Part shown: positions 24,330 through 37,353 of the stretch, one piece after another
How the letters are laid out: each line of letters starts with the position of its first letter
Position numbering within the stretch: the stretch's first letter is position 1
DNA from: a virus
Length of the DNA stretch: 64,000 nt
Direction: 5' to 3' (one strand)
Virus record (IMG/VR): IMGVR_UViG_3300045988_069061
Made by a program: the position numbers and the translations under genes
Notes under the pieces: model-generated
What the model was told of the DNA's origin: nothing
Database searches by the model: none
Seen by the model: only the letters and a program-made list of their open reading frames with translations

Positions 24330-26161
24330 ATTAATTGTTCATTTTCTCCATCTACCTCTACACTAGAACCTGGCTATAAAGCGTCTATCTTTTTCTACAA
24401 TTCGGCTACGGCCTAGCTAATTAGTTCTTCTACCTCAGCTTTGGTGTAGTATCTCTCTATAAGATATTCGCTTCTAACATATCCAGTATCTTGTAAATCT
24501 TTTTCTCCATAGGTGCAATAATAAGTATCTTCTTCAGTCTTACTATTCTCAACTAGGTCATCATAATCAGCTTGTGGTAAGCATACAAGTTTTGGTACTT
24601 CTTCAGTAATAGCAACTTGCTTGCCTCCAGCAAATAGCCTGTTATCTTCTGTGGTAAGTTTAACAGAACTCTCAATAACTTGCTCAGTTCCTGTTTCCTC
24701 AGAAGGTTCTCCAGTTGTTCCCTATTGTACTTCTTTTTCTCCAATTTTCTAAATAGTAATATCAGAAGTTTCTACTGATGTAGATTTCAAAAGCTCAGTG
24801 CTAAATTCTTTAGCAGCAGCAGCCTAATCATCCTGATATTTTTTCTAGGTAACAAATATGAAATCATCATCTCCGGTTTCAGGAGAGTCTCCCCTTAAAC
24901 TTTCTTTTGTTACGTAATCTTCGGCTATCTAATCTGATAAATCAGATAATGACTATTGAGTAGCATAAGTAGACTGAGCATTTTCCTTAGTAAGAAATTT
25001 GTCATCAACCTGCTAAATAGTATAATAAGCCTTAATATCTTCTGTAGTAACGTAGTTTCCAAGTTTTTGCAAACCTTGAACTATTTCATCAATCTACTTC
25101 TTGGAGTAATAATTTGTAGCAACCCAGGACTGATATTGATTGGTAGTATGATAATTCTAATCCAAATATTCCTTAGTAATATAAACCTTTGCATCATTTG
25201 TGACGTCATATACATAGTAATATGTATCAGGCTCTACCGTCCCTTCCTCTACTAACTTTAGATACTCTTCTTCAGTTAATGTTACTAAGTTCGGAATATC
25301 CGATTCAGTAGCAATCTAATCTTCACCTATAAATAATCCTTCAGACTTAACGTCTACTACTAACTAGCCCTCTCCCTCCACTACAGGAGATTTTATCTAC
25401 CCAACAGTGATGCTTTCTAAGGAGCCATCTCCATCTACCTTAAGAGTTTTATCTAACTCGTCTTGGATAGCCTACTAATCTTCCTCATATTCTTTCTTTG
25501 TAACGAAGACAAAATCATCTCCTTCCATTCCCTCTCCTCTAAGGCTTTCTTTAGTAACGAAAATATCGTTTGTTTCTTCCTTAGTATAATACTTAGTCAG
25601 TGATAGAGCTAAAGAATCGTTAGAGACATAATTAGTAGTTAATTCTTCCAGTGTAGCATAATCTGATAGGCTAGCAATAGTGTTATCTAAGTCTGTTCTA
25701 ATCTATACTACAGTAGTATTAAGAGCCTTCTATTTTAATTGCTCTTCTATCTTTTTCCCCCATTCCGCGGATAGGTAAAACTAGTTATCGTCTAAGCTAT
25801 CCTCATATATATAATAATATGTCTCAGCATGAAGATATGGTTTACTTTCATCTATGGGCCTAAAATCGTCTGTAGTATTCTCAGACCATTCTTTATATTC
25901 AGCCTCTGTACAGGTGATTATCTAGATAGATTCATAGGATGCTTTCCATCCTTCCTTGTATTTAATCTTAGACTTATCAATCAGCATATAAATATTTCCG
26001 TTATCTATGTTAGCAACGGTCATACCTTGATAAGCATACTTCTCTGGAATAGAATAAAGTTCGTCTAAGTTATTAACGACTGTTCTATTATCGAGAGGCT
26101 TCGGAGTTTCTACGGTTAAAGCGACACCTAAGGTAGCATCACCTGTATATTTAAATGCCAT
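24330..26161 (-). CDS. repeat-containing structural protein (~610 aa) with an internal ~150-aa duplicated segment; TAG read-through
   Basis: Fragment 25922..26161 (MAFKYTGDATLGVALTVETPKPL...) ends at TAG. The downstream frame is open. Segments such as YVTKESLRGE..DDF.FVT.KEY.DDQ recur, matched by DNA-level repeats near 24810-24920 and 25440-25560. Confidence 0.4.
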
Positions 26162-26164
26162 TAT

Positions 26165-27735
26165 TGTGATAGAATAAAGTTAATTTGATGTGGCAATGCT
26201 GAGGAGTAAGTATCTTTCTTAGTCCATACCTTGTAAGTAAATCCATTTATCTACTCGGTAGACGTTTCCCAACCACTTAGGTCTACATTTAAATATCCAA
26301 GTCCTCCATCTACGGTAAATGAATTTAACTATGTGTTACTTCCTGGCAATTTTATAATAGCCTTACCACTTAGTGAAAATGTGATAGTTCCAGACGATTG
26401 TCCAAAAGGAACTAGCGCCTATTTAATCACACCATCAGTATTACCAGAATACCAAGGATATGTGGCTACTACCTAAGCGGTAGCGGAAATAGAACCAGCT
26501 TCTACTCTCTTATCTGTAACTTCTCCTTTATTATTTATCAAATATTCTCCAGCGGCATAACTCACTGTACCAGAGTGAGTATAAGTACCAATAGAATTAT
26601 ATGTATCAGACTCTACAGGAGAACTGTTATAAGTAATAGTTTCTCGTCTGTCAGTTTCTTCTCCAGCATCATTCTTTATAAATGTAAGTGTAGGAGTTAA
26701 TAAAGCAGTTCCCACTTCTACTATTTGAGAAGTAAAACTATAATAAAGCTATGGGTATACTAAATCTCTAACTACTGTTGGAAACAGTAAAGTATCAATA
26801 ATTTCATTAAAGGGCTTGCCCTTAAGTTTCTCTACTGTAGTCCCTTCAATTACTGTTGAAGTAGTATCATCTGGGAGTTCCGTCTAATAAGTAGCTATAG
26901 TTTCTAAGTTAGTTTGTATATTAGTAATACTTTCAGTATTAGCTTCTACTTTAGTATTTGTCTCTTGTTGTGCTTCCTAAGTTTTCTATACTTCTTTCTT
27001 TGTTTCTTCTAGAGCAGGTTCAAGATTCTTAACATAGATACCTGGAAGGATAATAGAAGAGGTTTCCTCTCCAATCTCCTATTCTATTAAATGAATAGCA
27101 TTATCTTCCTAAGTAGATAAAATCACCTCTAAGGAATTATTTTCCTTTAGTTCTATAGTTTTGGAATTTTGGAGACTATTCTTAATCCAATTAAGAATGT
27201 TTTTATCAACATCTATATTCTCAATAGCATTGTTCAACTCAACTATAGCTTCATTGATTTTTACTATTTCTTCAGATAGATTATTAATTCCTTTTCTATT
27301 AGTATCAATTTCTCGCTGTAAATCCTCCTTCAATACAGATATAGAAGTTCTAATATTGCTTATATCGACTTTCAGTTCTTCTATTGCTTCTGTATTAGAT
27401 TCATATTCGCTAATAAAGTATAGGGCATAGTCTAGGGCATCCTTCACAGTATTAATGCCTTCTGCAACGTCACTAGTATAGGTCCATTTTTGTTCTATAT
27501 ACTATACTAGGTCTTTTTGCAGTTCTATGGTTCCACTAATGTTTCCCCACAATAGACTCTACTCATCAGCAATACCTAAGTTCTTTCTTACTTTAGCTTT
27601 TTCTAGTTCTGTCCTATATTCTCCTAAATAGTTATTTCTTAAGAGAGGTATAGGCTCACATTTTATAGGCTTACCCTTTTTACCACAAGGCACTATATCT
27701 GCGTTACTTACCGAAGTGTAAATAGACTGTATCAT
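26165..27735 (-). CDS. structural protein (~523 aa): N-terminal coiled coil plus C-terminal beta-rich domain; TAG read-through
   Basis: Fragments 27109..27447 and 26473..26715 are in the same frame. Upstream translation reaches ATG ~27733-35 (MIQSIYTSVSNADIVPCGKKGKPIKCEP...). TAA at ~26165 overlaps the ATG of the next gene (TAATG). Confidence 0.45.
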
Positions 27736-27892
27736 TCTAGTTTAATAATTGCTATTTAATAAATTCGTGATTATCTAGTCTTACAGGTAGGTTAATAAAA
27801 CAAATTAGATTAAGAATATCTTGATAATCTGGTTTATATCCCTTTTTGAGTTTTCTTAGAAAATCCTCATACCTTTTAATAGCCTTTCTCTT

Positions 27893-28478
27893 AAGAGCAT
27901 CCACAACCTATACGTTTATGTCCATGGTGGTGATTGTCACAGAATCCTCCACAGGTACGGAACATCGCTAGTAATCTTTCAGCCTCCATGAATTGTTTAA
28001 AGCATATTAAATAATCTATAATGTTAAGAGTCATCCATATGAAATCTCGAGCAAATATATCTGCTTCCTAATCTCTAGTTAGACACTTATTTAGTAAAGC
28101 ATCAAAGAGTTTCTTACAATAATTAATGTAACACTACTACAAGTTTCCTGTAAAGAAAACATCTACCTTACATTTTTTTATAGTAGTTCCTTCTATGTTT
28201 CGTTCAAGAACTTCTTTAACTGTACACTCTTCTAGCTTACCTTCTACTTCTTTATATAATTTTTCTCCATCAGTAACATAGATAGTCTCATAGTATTCCT
28301 TGTATTCGTCCGATGAATTTTCATACCATTTCATATTAGGAATAATGATATGGTCTACTACGTAATAACCATCATCCTTGACCTTAAACATACACGAGTC
28401 TAAGTCTTCTGTATGGTCATTAAGTAGGACATCTATCAGAGTAGCATCGCTTATACTAACTTTGATGATAGTATTCAA
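27893..28478 (-). CDS. hypothetical protein with a C-terminal Cys/His cluster (CGGFCDNHHHGHKRIGCGCS); TAG read-through
   Basis: Fragment 28137..28478 ends at two consecutive TAG codons. The frame then continues to TAA at ~27893. Confidence 0.4.
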
Positions 28479-28646
28479 GGTAGCACTCTCACTATACTTA
28501 TAGGAGTCGTAAGAAGTTACTACCTCTACATCTTCATCAATATACTAGCCATATTCTTTTGAGAAATCTTCTATCAGTATTTCCCCATTAATTTGGGTAT
28601 GTATATCAATACTAAATTCCATATTGCAATAATATTAAGTGTTAGG

Positions 28647-29343
28647 CCATTGACCGTATTGAGCTGGTGTAGAAAAAGGTCCCCACTTTCCAGATTGCTT
28701 TATACGTCTAGACATAAAAACAGAAGTAAAAGATAAACTAATATCTTGTGGATAGTCAGTCCAGGTATAAGACTATCCATCTGGAGTAGGAGGTAATTTA
28801 TCAATCCTAGAGGAGGGCTGTCCATTCCAGTAGTAGTTATAGTCATAGGCTTTAATAGAGGTTACTTCTGTGGTTTCTCTCCCGTCAGAATCTATATAGA
28901 GAGGATCTCCTTTTTCATTCGTTTTTTGTTTATACTCTATAACTGGTGTTATTCCCTCGGTTCTAGTATATATAGTCTATATAATAGTAGAGACATCACT
29001 CGCTACTATTTCATAGATAGTAGTTCCCTATGATTCATTAGCTCCCTAAAAAGTAAATTTAGTTCTTTTCCATATATATGGATTCTCTTCTGTTGGAAGC
29101 TCAAAAGTATCAGACCACTACTTACTTGATAGTTTTATTTCAGATTCATCGGCAGTATTAGCAGGGAGATAATGTATTTTAATAATAATACTATTAACTG
29201 CTTCACTTGAACCGGATAAATCTGATACCTACTTAAATAATTTTTTTAAGTCGTCTTCTACATTTGATTTAGAACCGGAAGCATTACTTATAATTACTGT
29301 CCCATCAGAGATAGGATAAATCTACTACTAATCTTTGTTGTAT
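28647..29343 (-). CDS. hypothetical virion protein (MATGTIVYNKDQQQIYPISDGTVIISNASGS...); in-frame TAGs
   Basis: Hand translation downstream of the portal stop. Not in the ORF track. Confidence 0.35.
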
Positions 29344-29364
29344 ACAATTGTTCCAGTTGCCATA

Positions 29365-31536
29365 TTAATGTATTTGTCTTATTTTGTCATTATATGGATT
29401 TCCATCATGAAGCTAAGCCAACTCTATTTCAGTTCTTTTTTCTTCAATATCCATTTGTCTATCTTTATAAGTAGAATCAGACTGAGCTTTAAGCCAGTTA
29501 ACTTTATATTCTAACTGCATCTTCTACTATTCTAATCCCAGTCTCTATTCATCTAAGCTTTCAATCTTTTGCTGAGCTTTCTATAATTCTTGCTATAACT
29601 ACTGAGCCTATTGAGAAGTTTCTTCTAATTTTTCTTGTAGTTGCTGAAGCTGATTATTTTCCTCTTTGCGAACTTGAACAGCTTTCTTAACCTTATATTT
29701 AAGGTCTGTCAGACTCTTAGATGTAAGAGCCTCAAAAATAATATCTGGATCCATCTGTTGACTTTTTACGAACTCTGGAATGATTGCTTTTATAGTCTAT
29801 AAATCTTCCATCACTTCTGAACTAGCAGTAATATGAATATCGTAGTCAGTAACAGTAAAATACTCAGGAAGTGCGGTGAATATCTGTTGATATTTATCCC
29901 CAAGTATAATAGTTCCAGTTAATCCTTTCTTATAAGTAACTTTAGCCTAATTAAGACTATCTAGTAGTATCTCGCAGGTTATTAAATCCATCTGCTAAAA
30001 ATAGTGCTTAGTTACTATATACGAGTTAGCTACTCCCTACTTAATATTAGTAACTGCATCTCTAGTTTCTATACCGTTAAGTCGTTCCCTAAATACTCCA
30101 GTTATTGATGATGTAGTTTGTTCTACTGATTGAATAGCTAGTTCAATAGCCTATACAGCCTATGCTTTTAAGGTATCATCAAATCCGTTATATATCTAGT
30201 TTGGAGCTTGCTGTCCGTCATTCCTACCTTCTTGGCTTGAGTCTATCCACATGATACCACCTTTTTTATAAGCTAACCATTTTTGTACTCGTTCTGGCCA
30301 TTTAACTCCTAAGTTGGTAGGCAACAGAGACATATCCATAATAACTCCAGCAGTACCACTATTAGCTATTAGATTATCTCTATAATAGTTTAATAAGTCG
30401 TATCTATCCTACAGATGTGCACATTTTAATATAAGAGAATAAGGCTACTAAGAGCGATTTAAGAAATATACTCCATTTACCGATAAAGAACAGAAGTTGG
30501 GATTATCTTTAGACCTCATAACAGTCTTGTCTAATCCTCTAAGAATATATATCTCTTCTCCTATTCTGATAGTATTGTATCTCTACATCACAAAATCATC
30601 ATCTGTTTCAATCCATTCAACATCATAGACTGGGATTAACTAGAACCTATGAGCACTATATTCATTGTCTGGATAGCCGGGAATGGTTTCATGATTCTAA
30701 TCTTCATTTACTACTGTACAAGTATCTCCATATACTCTTCTATAAACAGCAGCTGAATCATCAGCTCGCCATTCATCTTTTAGTCTTCTTAAATCTTCTC
30801 TAGATATTTCTTTGCCATATTTAGCTAAAATCTAACTCTTACTCATCCACTTTCTTACTACAACTCTATATGAGTTCCTTACATATGGAGATTCTGGATT
30901 TCTATCAACAAATGTATTAAGTGGGTTTAATACCTCTATTTCAATATTAGTTCCAGAAGCCGATGATTTCACTCTAAAGAATGTATAACCAGTAATTAAT
31001 AAGTCTGTTAGTAACTAACGTAACTTAGTAATTAAATCGGTTTCTCTGGATTGCATAATATAATGTACTATATTCTAAGCTGCAATTTCATATTGAGAAA
31101 TAAAGGATTGGTCAATATCCTATATAATTTTATCTAACTAAGTCTTTACAGCTTTATCAGTAATATCCTTGCCATCAATAAACTTAAGAATTGAATTACT
31201 TAAATGGTCTTTCAAAAACTTTACTATTCCCTTGGTTATTTCTAGCTATTTTTCTCTTGTTATATTACTGATAGTATCTGAATCTTTGCAAGAAATTTTC
31301 GGAAGTATAGGAGTTCCTAAATATTCTCCAACTAGAGCATCTACGTGTTTCTTTAATAAAGGCGTAAACTCTACCGAAGTGGGGCTACCTATTCCGAAGT
31401 TTTCTTCCAGATAACGGAACTATTCAGGATCTCTTTTACCATTATAATAATTATAAGCTTTCTGTAACTCATACTTATCATATACAAGTTCCGCAATAGC
31501 CTCGTTTGTCTTGTCTATCAATTCCTTCTCTTTCAT
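29365..31536 (-). CDS. putative portal protein (~724 aa); many in-frame TAGs
   Basis: Continuous minus-strand frame from ATG ~31534-36 (MKEKELIDKTNEAIAELVYDKYELQKAYNYYNGKRDPEQFRYLEENFG...) to TAA ~29365. Its size and its position directly after the terminase genes suggest a portal. No single motif was confirmed. Confidence 0.45.
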
Positions 31537-31939
31537 AACATAAATTATGTTGTTCTGGAGGAAGTTTAGTAGCGTTATAATACTTAACTCTTTGTAACTT
31601 CCTACTTCTTAATTCTTCCTTAATAAATGGCAGAAATTCTTCGTCTGGTAAATCTGCTATTATTACTAATGGCATTTCTGACCTATCAAAGTTAAAAGAG
31701 ACTTTATACCCAACTGGGTCTAAACTCTCAATATCTAGTCCGCCTATATACTCCATTTTGTACAAGTCCCTCATATATTCTAGGATCACTTGTTTCAACT
31801 CTGTATGGGTCATCATATTCGTTTCTTTGCATATTAAGTTCAGGAGTTTTCTTAGTTGGAATAACTCCAAATCTTTTAATTCCTCTCTCGTCGTAATAGT
31901 AACCAAGATCTTGGAACTATTCAACTTCTTTCTCCACAA
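31478..31939 (-). CDS. ORF overlapping the 3' end of TerL and the 5' end of the portal gene: either a separate small gene from an internal Met, or a +1 frameshift extension of TerL
   Basis: ORF-track entry, 153 aa, genuine TGA stop at 31478-80. It is +1 relative to the TerL frame and overlaps TerL by ~210 nt. Confidence 0.3.
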   Translation of the reverse strand: MWRKKLNSSKILVTITTREELKDLELFQLRKLLNLICKETNMMTHTELKQVILEYMRDLYKMEYIGGLDIESLDPVGYKVSFNFDRSEMPLVIIADLPDEEFLPFIKEELRSRKLQRVKYYNATKLPPEQHNLCYEREGIDRQDKRGYCGTCI

Positions 31940-34093
31940 GTACGGGCTGTCTTCCTGATAGCTCTTGGTCTGCTAACTCAGTCATACCTACAGCGGCTAC
32001 AATATCATACTTACCCTTATTTTCATCATTATATGCAGTGAACTATTCTAGCATTTCTTCGAACCATATAGTATGGCAATAGTCTTCTATAAAGGCGGCT
32101 GTTAAATCAGTATGCTATTCGATTATAGTTTTTGTAGCAGGAGTTCCATACTATTTAGTAGTTCCATTTCTAACGTCAGTTAGAGTAGCTCTTGGGCGCT
32201 TCATAAAATAGTTAAGGCATCCTTTTTCTCTAGCCCAAGTAACCATACCCATACGAGTAGCTTCTATATTTATTTTACAATTATAATAGCGAGCTAAACA
32301 CATAGCTATTTTATAGGCTTCTCTGATGTCTCCAGGTCTATCCTTGTACATAGCAACATACTGAGGGTCATTCATACCAAACGCACGTTTCTTAATCATT
32401 ATGCAGAAATCAGACGGGTCTCTGGTTTCCTTAGAAGTCTAATTCGCTCCAATATCAATACCGTCTATACCTGCTACGTATAAGTCTCGCATCTCTTTAT
32501 AAACTGGAACTTCAAAATCCTAGCCGTTATCTTCTGCCTCCTATCTAAGCTTTTCCATTTGTTCTTTATATAAGTCAGACCATATTGGATGCTCTAGAAT
32601 TTTTACTTTACCATTGCTATTAGGAATCCATTTAAAACCATCAATGTTATCCTAAGTATGTTTATTATTTTTGTAAAAATAATCAATATAACCACATTCG
32701 GGTCTTGGACCAATTTGTTTAAGTCTTATATTAGCTATCTATTCGGCAACTAAAATTTTATTAAACTTATTAACACCTTCTAGATTAAATGCTTCTTCTG
32801 CATTCCAACAACGTTCAGCACATTTCTTTAGGTAGTCTTCTGGTACAGCTAACAGATTATCTCGCTCCTCCTATAAGAATTTCTTATATTCCACAGTATT
32901 ACATACTCCTCTGTGGTCCATAAATTCTGGATTCAAAGATTGTGTAAAGTATGGAATAAAGAATCCACTCTCTATAGTAGTCCCATCCTAAGTCCAATTA
33001 TGTCTAAATGGAAGAATCTTATATGCTCTTGGATTATAGTAAATCTTTTTTAAGCCCTCTAGAGGAGCACCCATATCACCGCCAGTACCTCCAAACAACA
33101 TTGTTCCACGAGGCATACCTTGAACTTCACAAAGTTCTTGACCTTGTACCACAGCGGTATCAAGTCCAGGCCAGGAACCAGCTTCATCATATATTAATAA
33201 ATCTACACGGTCTCCACGAATGTTAGATGGTTTAGCTCCGTTAATTGCTACAACCTCAGATTTAAATCCTACGTCTTCAAACTAACCATTTATTTTGATT
33301 TGTTTACCTGATTTCTTTCTCAAATCCTGGTCAATAAGTCGCAATTTAAAAAATCCTCCTCCAGTACAGGTATTTAAGAATGTAAGAGCATTATCAAACT
33401 TACTAAAGGTACCCTTAAGGAAGGTATCATTAAAGCAAGTAATCATAACCCTACTTCTTCTAATAACAGAGTACATACGAGCAGAAAGAGAGGCGTTTAT
33501 TTCAGAGAATCCAATAGAACGAGCTTTCATTAAAGCTGCGTGCTTGTGTAGCACTCTAGCCATCTATAGATAATGAAAGAACATATAATGTGATGCAAAG
33601 AATATTGGGAAGTCATTATTAGTACCCTCACCAGAGGCTTTCTGCTAGTCAATAGTAGGTAACTAATAGAAATTTAAGAAGAAGTAATTATCTCCAGTAA
33701 TGGTGTATCCATTAACTGTCATTCCATACTTACATCTTCTATATTGCTCTTTCCAAAATTCGTTGTACCGCTTACTATCTCTAAGGTAGGGACAGTATTG
33801 ACCAGTTCGTTTATATACTTCCCTAGTCTCGGTAAACCAATCTGGATTAAAGTCCAATCCATGAGTTTCGTCAATAGGTCTGTATCCAGTTATTTCATAA
33901 GATAAGGTAGGGTCAAATACTTCTATTTTATCTCCTATTTTAACATCCCAATAGTCAGAATTTCTGACCCTTTCCTCTCTTATTTTCTATACTAATTCTC
34001 TAGCTTCTTTAGCATCCTCTTTCTATTCTTTTTCTCTTACCTAATCTACAATATTCTATATTTCTTCAGGTAATATCTTTTTTCTTGGCATAA
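31728..34093 (-). CDS. terL: terminase large subunit (TerL); TAG read-through
   Basis: Fragments 33663..33857, 33282..33563 and 32151..32399 are all in one frame, each ending in TAG. Coordinate-checked translation includes VDLLIYDEAGSWPGL (Walker B, DEAG) and MLFGGTGGDMGAPLEGL. N-terminus at ATG ~34091-93 (MPRKKILPEEI...). The frame ends at TGA 31728-30. Confidence 0.7.
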
Positions 34094-34095
34094 TT

Positions 34096-34647
34096 AAAAG
34101 TCTCCTGGGTCAAAACCATCCACAGCTCCAGCTCTAACAGTAGATTGTTCAGTAAGTTCTTTCTTAACCTAGTCTTCTAGTGTTATGAGTTCTTCATGAA
34201 CTTTGTGAAGAGTAGCCATTTCCTTCATTACTTTTTCAGCCTGGAATACTGGCTTGCCGTTATTATCACGCTCATTTAAATCTACAATAGTTTCGAAATA
34301 ATCAATAAACTAGTCTGCAGCTCTTTTAGCTGCTTCTAGTAATTTTATTGACTTGTTTGAATCTTGTAACGCTCTGTATTTCCTACAAGCTTCTCTAAAT
34401 ATAGGGTCATTAAATTCTGACTCTGTCAATCCAGAATCACTAATAGCTTCGTCATGTCGTTCATGTTCCGAATACTAACTGTACGGACTTTTCCAGTCTA
34501 TAGCTAAATAAATGTAAGATAGTTCTCTAGTAGCTCTATCCTTTTCTGCAGATTTATCCCTCTAGATTAAAGCCTTAAATTCCTTAACTAGTAATATCTC
34601 TGGTTCATTTATTTCTAGCTATTTAGTTAAAGTGTTATAGTTAAATA
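34096..34647 (-). CDS. candidate terminase small subunit or other small DNA-packaging protein (~183 aa); in-frame TAGs
   Basis: Sits immediately upstream of TerL with TAA and ATG nearly abutting (MIMNVFNYNTLTKQLEINEPEILLVKEFKALIQRDKSAEKDRATREL...). Assigned by position only. Confidence 0.3.
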
Positions 34648-34688
34648 CATTCATAATCATTAATCATTATCATACACATTAGATAATC

Positions 34689-36005
34689 TTATTATTTCTT
34701 TTTCATTTTGGAACCGCACTTATTGACTTTCATTTTTGAGCCACAAGCGTCTTTCTTAGCATATTGTTTTCTGTCAGGAACCCATTTTCCTCCCTGGAAA
34801 TTACCCTTATGTCCTTTATTGGCCATAGTTTCCTAATCATTGTATTTATTGATTGATATAGAATCTCTTGAGGCTTCGTCTCTAGCAGATTTCATATCTT
34901 TCTTATACTAAGCTCTTCCTGCCTTAAATTTATCAACTTCATTAGCTTTCTTAGTAACTTTAGTTCCTTTTTGTGCTTTCTGGCAAGCTTTACAGATTCT
35001 ACCGCCTTGCTTAAAATATACAAGCTCTTCTCCTTCTGGACATACTCCTTTTAGCTTCTTATAATACTCAAGCTTAGCTCCAAGCCTAGCCATTACTCCT
35101 CCTTGCATTTTCTGCATAAATTCCTGATACTTAGCTTTAATGCCGTCTTCACCTAATTGTTCAGCATAAGCTTGTAAATCCTGTTCAGACTATATCTGAA
35201 CTCCCTATGACTGCGCATCCTATATTAAATATGCCACAAACGCTTTTTGTAATTCTTGTTGATTATTCATTGTTCCTCCTTGTTGAAATTTAGTTGTATG
35301 TCCCGGAGATAATGTTAATGGTTTAGCTTCTGATTTTCTAGAATTCCATACATCTCCAAGATAATTAAATAATCTCTATAACCCCCTATGTATCCCAAAA
35401 TCTCCTCCTTGTACTGTCTTTCCCATAGTATATCTACTGATAGTGGCCTGTACAGGATTTACTTTAGGCTTACTTGAAGGCTACTCGGCTCTTGTCTATT
35501 CACTAGCTGGCTAACTGCCTCCTGTAATAGTTGGTATTCCTCTACCCCAAGTAGTTCCTTTTGTTGTAGCAATTAGGTCTGGAGCTTCTATACTAATCTA
35601 AGTATCTGACTAAGGAATCTGAATGGTAGAAGGTTGTTTAGGCTTACTTGAAGGCTGTCCTAAGTCTGTAGTATATACAGAATTTCCCCACATAAACTGT
35701 TTTAGTCCTCTCTCTCTAGCAGCCCTAAAAGCTGTCTTAAAATCTTTAACACCTCTTAAATCATCCTAAGCTATTTCAGCAGTAGGAAGAGGTTCTAATC
35801 TTGTGGGTAATGAAGGCATTTCTGGAGCATCAAAATATGCCTCTTGTAACTTAGGCATTTTCTATTGTGCGGTTCTTCTAATAATGTCTGGATTAGTTGC
35901 CCAAGTCTAATGCAACTACCTCAAGGTTCTCTCATCTAAGTCCGCATCTCCGTAAATAATTTTGATATTACGCATCAATTCAGGGTCAAACTACACTTTA
36001 GCCAT
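34689..36005 (-). CDS. Lys/Gln-rich hypothetical protein with PSSKPK repeats and two C-terminal CxxC pairs; several in-frame TAGs
   Basis: Fragment 34908..35117 shares a frame with ATG ~36003-05 (MAKVQFDPELMRNIKIIYGDADLDER...). TAG codons fall in a Gln-rich context (QDAQSQGVQIQSEQDLQAYAEQ), consistent with TAG decoded as Gln. Ends MKVNKCGSKMKKK then TAA ~34689. Confidence 0.35.
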
Positions 36006-36007
36006 TA

Positions 36008-36229
36008 CTCTTCTATTTTAATTAAATCCTTAGTATTAAACACTGCTTCCTACATAAGTCCGGAATCAGTAAACCATCTACATCTTAATCCTCGTAATCC
36101 TTGGTTATCTTTAAATAAAGCTGCTTCTCTTCTTAGAACAAGCATAACTGGAGAATGCATTACTTTACACTACCGTAAAGTAACACAATCCCCAGGCTTA
36201 AAATAAACTTTTTCATCAATTGTTTCCAT
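36008..36229 (-). CDS. small hypothetical protein (METIDEKVYFKPGDCVTLRQCKVMHSPV...); two in-frame TAGs
   Basis: Hand translation. TAATG overlap with the downstream gene. Confidence 0.3.
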
Positions 36230-36818
36230 ACTTCAATTCGTTTCTTCTTTCAGTTAGATTTTCGTTAACTACAGCCATAATTCTGTTCTCATTAACTACA
36301 ACAAATCCAAACTTGTAGAACGGAACCATGCACTCGCTAGCTATTGTATAGAATACTATATCTCCAGGTTTTAGGAACTCACACTTGTGCCCGACCTCAA
36401 TAACAGTACCCACTTTAATAAATTGTTGTTCTTCGTCTATTTCTCCTGTTTCATTAGATTTATATGTTGGAGCAAATCCACCTAAGTCTGTAATTAATCC
36501 ACTCTTAGTAGTTTTAATTTTTTGAAACGGATTTTGTTCGAAAGGTTTAATTAATGCATACCCATACATAGGCATAATTTCTACACCATTCATATCCTCA
36601 GATAATGATTTGGCGTAAGATTCTAAAGCTGCATTATGTTTAGAGAATTTATCTTCTAATTCATCTACTGCTGTATTGAATCTTTCCTGTTTTTCTCTTA
36701 ATAAAGTTTTATCTGCAGCTTCTCCATTTACTATAAGGTGCTGTCCTGTACCTTCCATACCAGTTATAGCTAGTGCTAGTTTCTCATTACTGTTCAATTC
36801 TGTTCTTAAAGTTTCCAT
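36216..36818 (-). CDS. hypothetical protein (200 aa), no TAG codon
   Basis: Intact ORF-track entry. The stop is TGA. Confidence 0.5.
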   Translation of the reverse strand: METLRTELNSNEKLALAITGMEGTGQHLIVNGEAADKTLLREKQERFNTAVDELEDKFSKHNAALESYAKSLSEDMNGVEIMPMYGYALIKPFEQNPFQKIKTTKSGLITDLGGFAPTYKSNETGEIDEEQQFIKVGTVIEVGHKCEFLKPGDIVFYTIASECMVPFYKFGFVVVNENRIMAVVNENLTERRNELKYGNN

Positions 36819-36826
36819 AATTCATT

Positions 36827-37084
36827 TTACCATTTACATAAATCACAATGTTCATCTTCTATTCTAGTTTTGTTCTCTAGTATACAACCACACTCCTCAC
36901 ATACTTCTCCAAATGAAGTCTGTAATTTATGAGGACAAGTATTACAAATATTTAATCTTGTGGTTGCTAAATCTTGATTAATTCCAAATATATGGAAATA
37001 TATACCCTTCAATATTACTAAAGGTTTAGTAAATATTGCTTTAATCCATTTCTTTGACATCTTTTCAGTAGGTTCTTGAGTCAT
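36827..37084 (-). CDS. Cys-rich small protein (zinc-ribbon-like), paralogue of 37136..37351
   Basis: Shared C-terminal pattern: CGCILENKTRIEDEHCDLCKW here, CGCLLELKIPNEKKHCPAKKW in the neighbour. Confidence 0.45.
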   Translation of the reverse strand: MTQEPTEKMSKKWIKAIFTKPLVILKGIYFHIFGINQDLATTRLNICNTCPHKLQTSFGEVCEECGCILENKTRIEDEHCDLCKW

Positions 37085-37135
37085 AAGCCTTAGTAGGGTT
37101 AGCCATTACTGGAGTCCCATATAGTAATAAATTAT

Positions 37136-37351
37136 TTACCATTTCTTCGCAGGACAATGCTTCTTCTCATTAGGTATCTTTAATTCCAGTAGACATCCGC
37201 ATCCTTTTATATATCCTTCTTTTGGACCAATACTTATGTCATTGTTTTCTGGATTTAAATACAACTGTCCATTACATATTGCATCTTCTTGATTACATAT
37301 TGGACAGCGTCTACATATTTTCCATCTTTCTTCTATTTCCTCTAGTGTCAT
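37136..37351 (-). CDS. Cys-rich small protein (zinc-ribbon-like), paralogue of 36827..37084
   Basis: CRRCPICNQ...CNGQ...CGCLLE...HCPAKKW. Confidence 0.45.
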   Translation of the reverse strand: MTLEEIEERWKICRRCPICNQEDAICNGQLYLNPENNDISIGPKEGYIKGCGCLLELKIPNEKKHCPAKKW

Positions 37352-37353
37352 AA

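Noticed and set aside
1-36231. Reading the fragmented minus-strand ORFs as pseudogenes or a degraded prophage
   Set aside because: The interrupting stops are TAG wherever checked, fragments stay in frame, motifs continue across the interruptions, and a CTA-anticodon tRNA is encoded. This is recoding, not decay.
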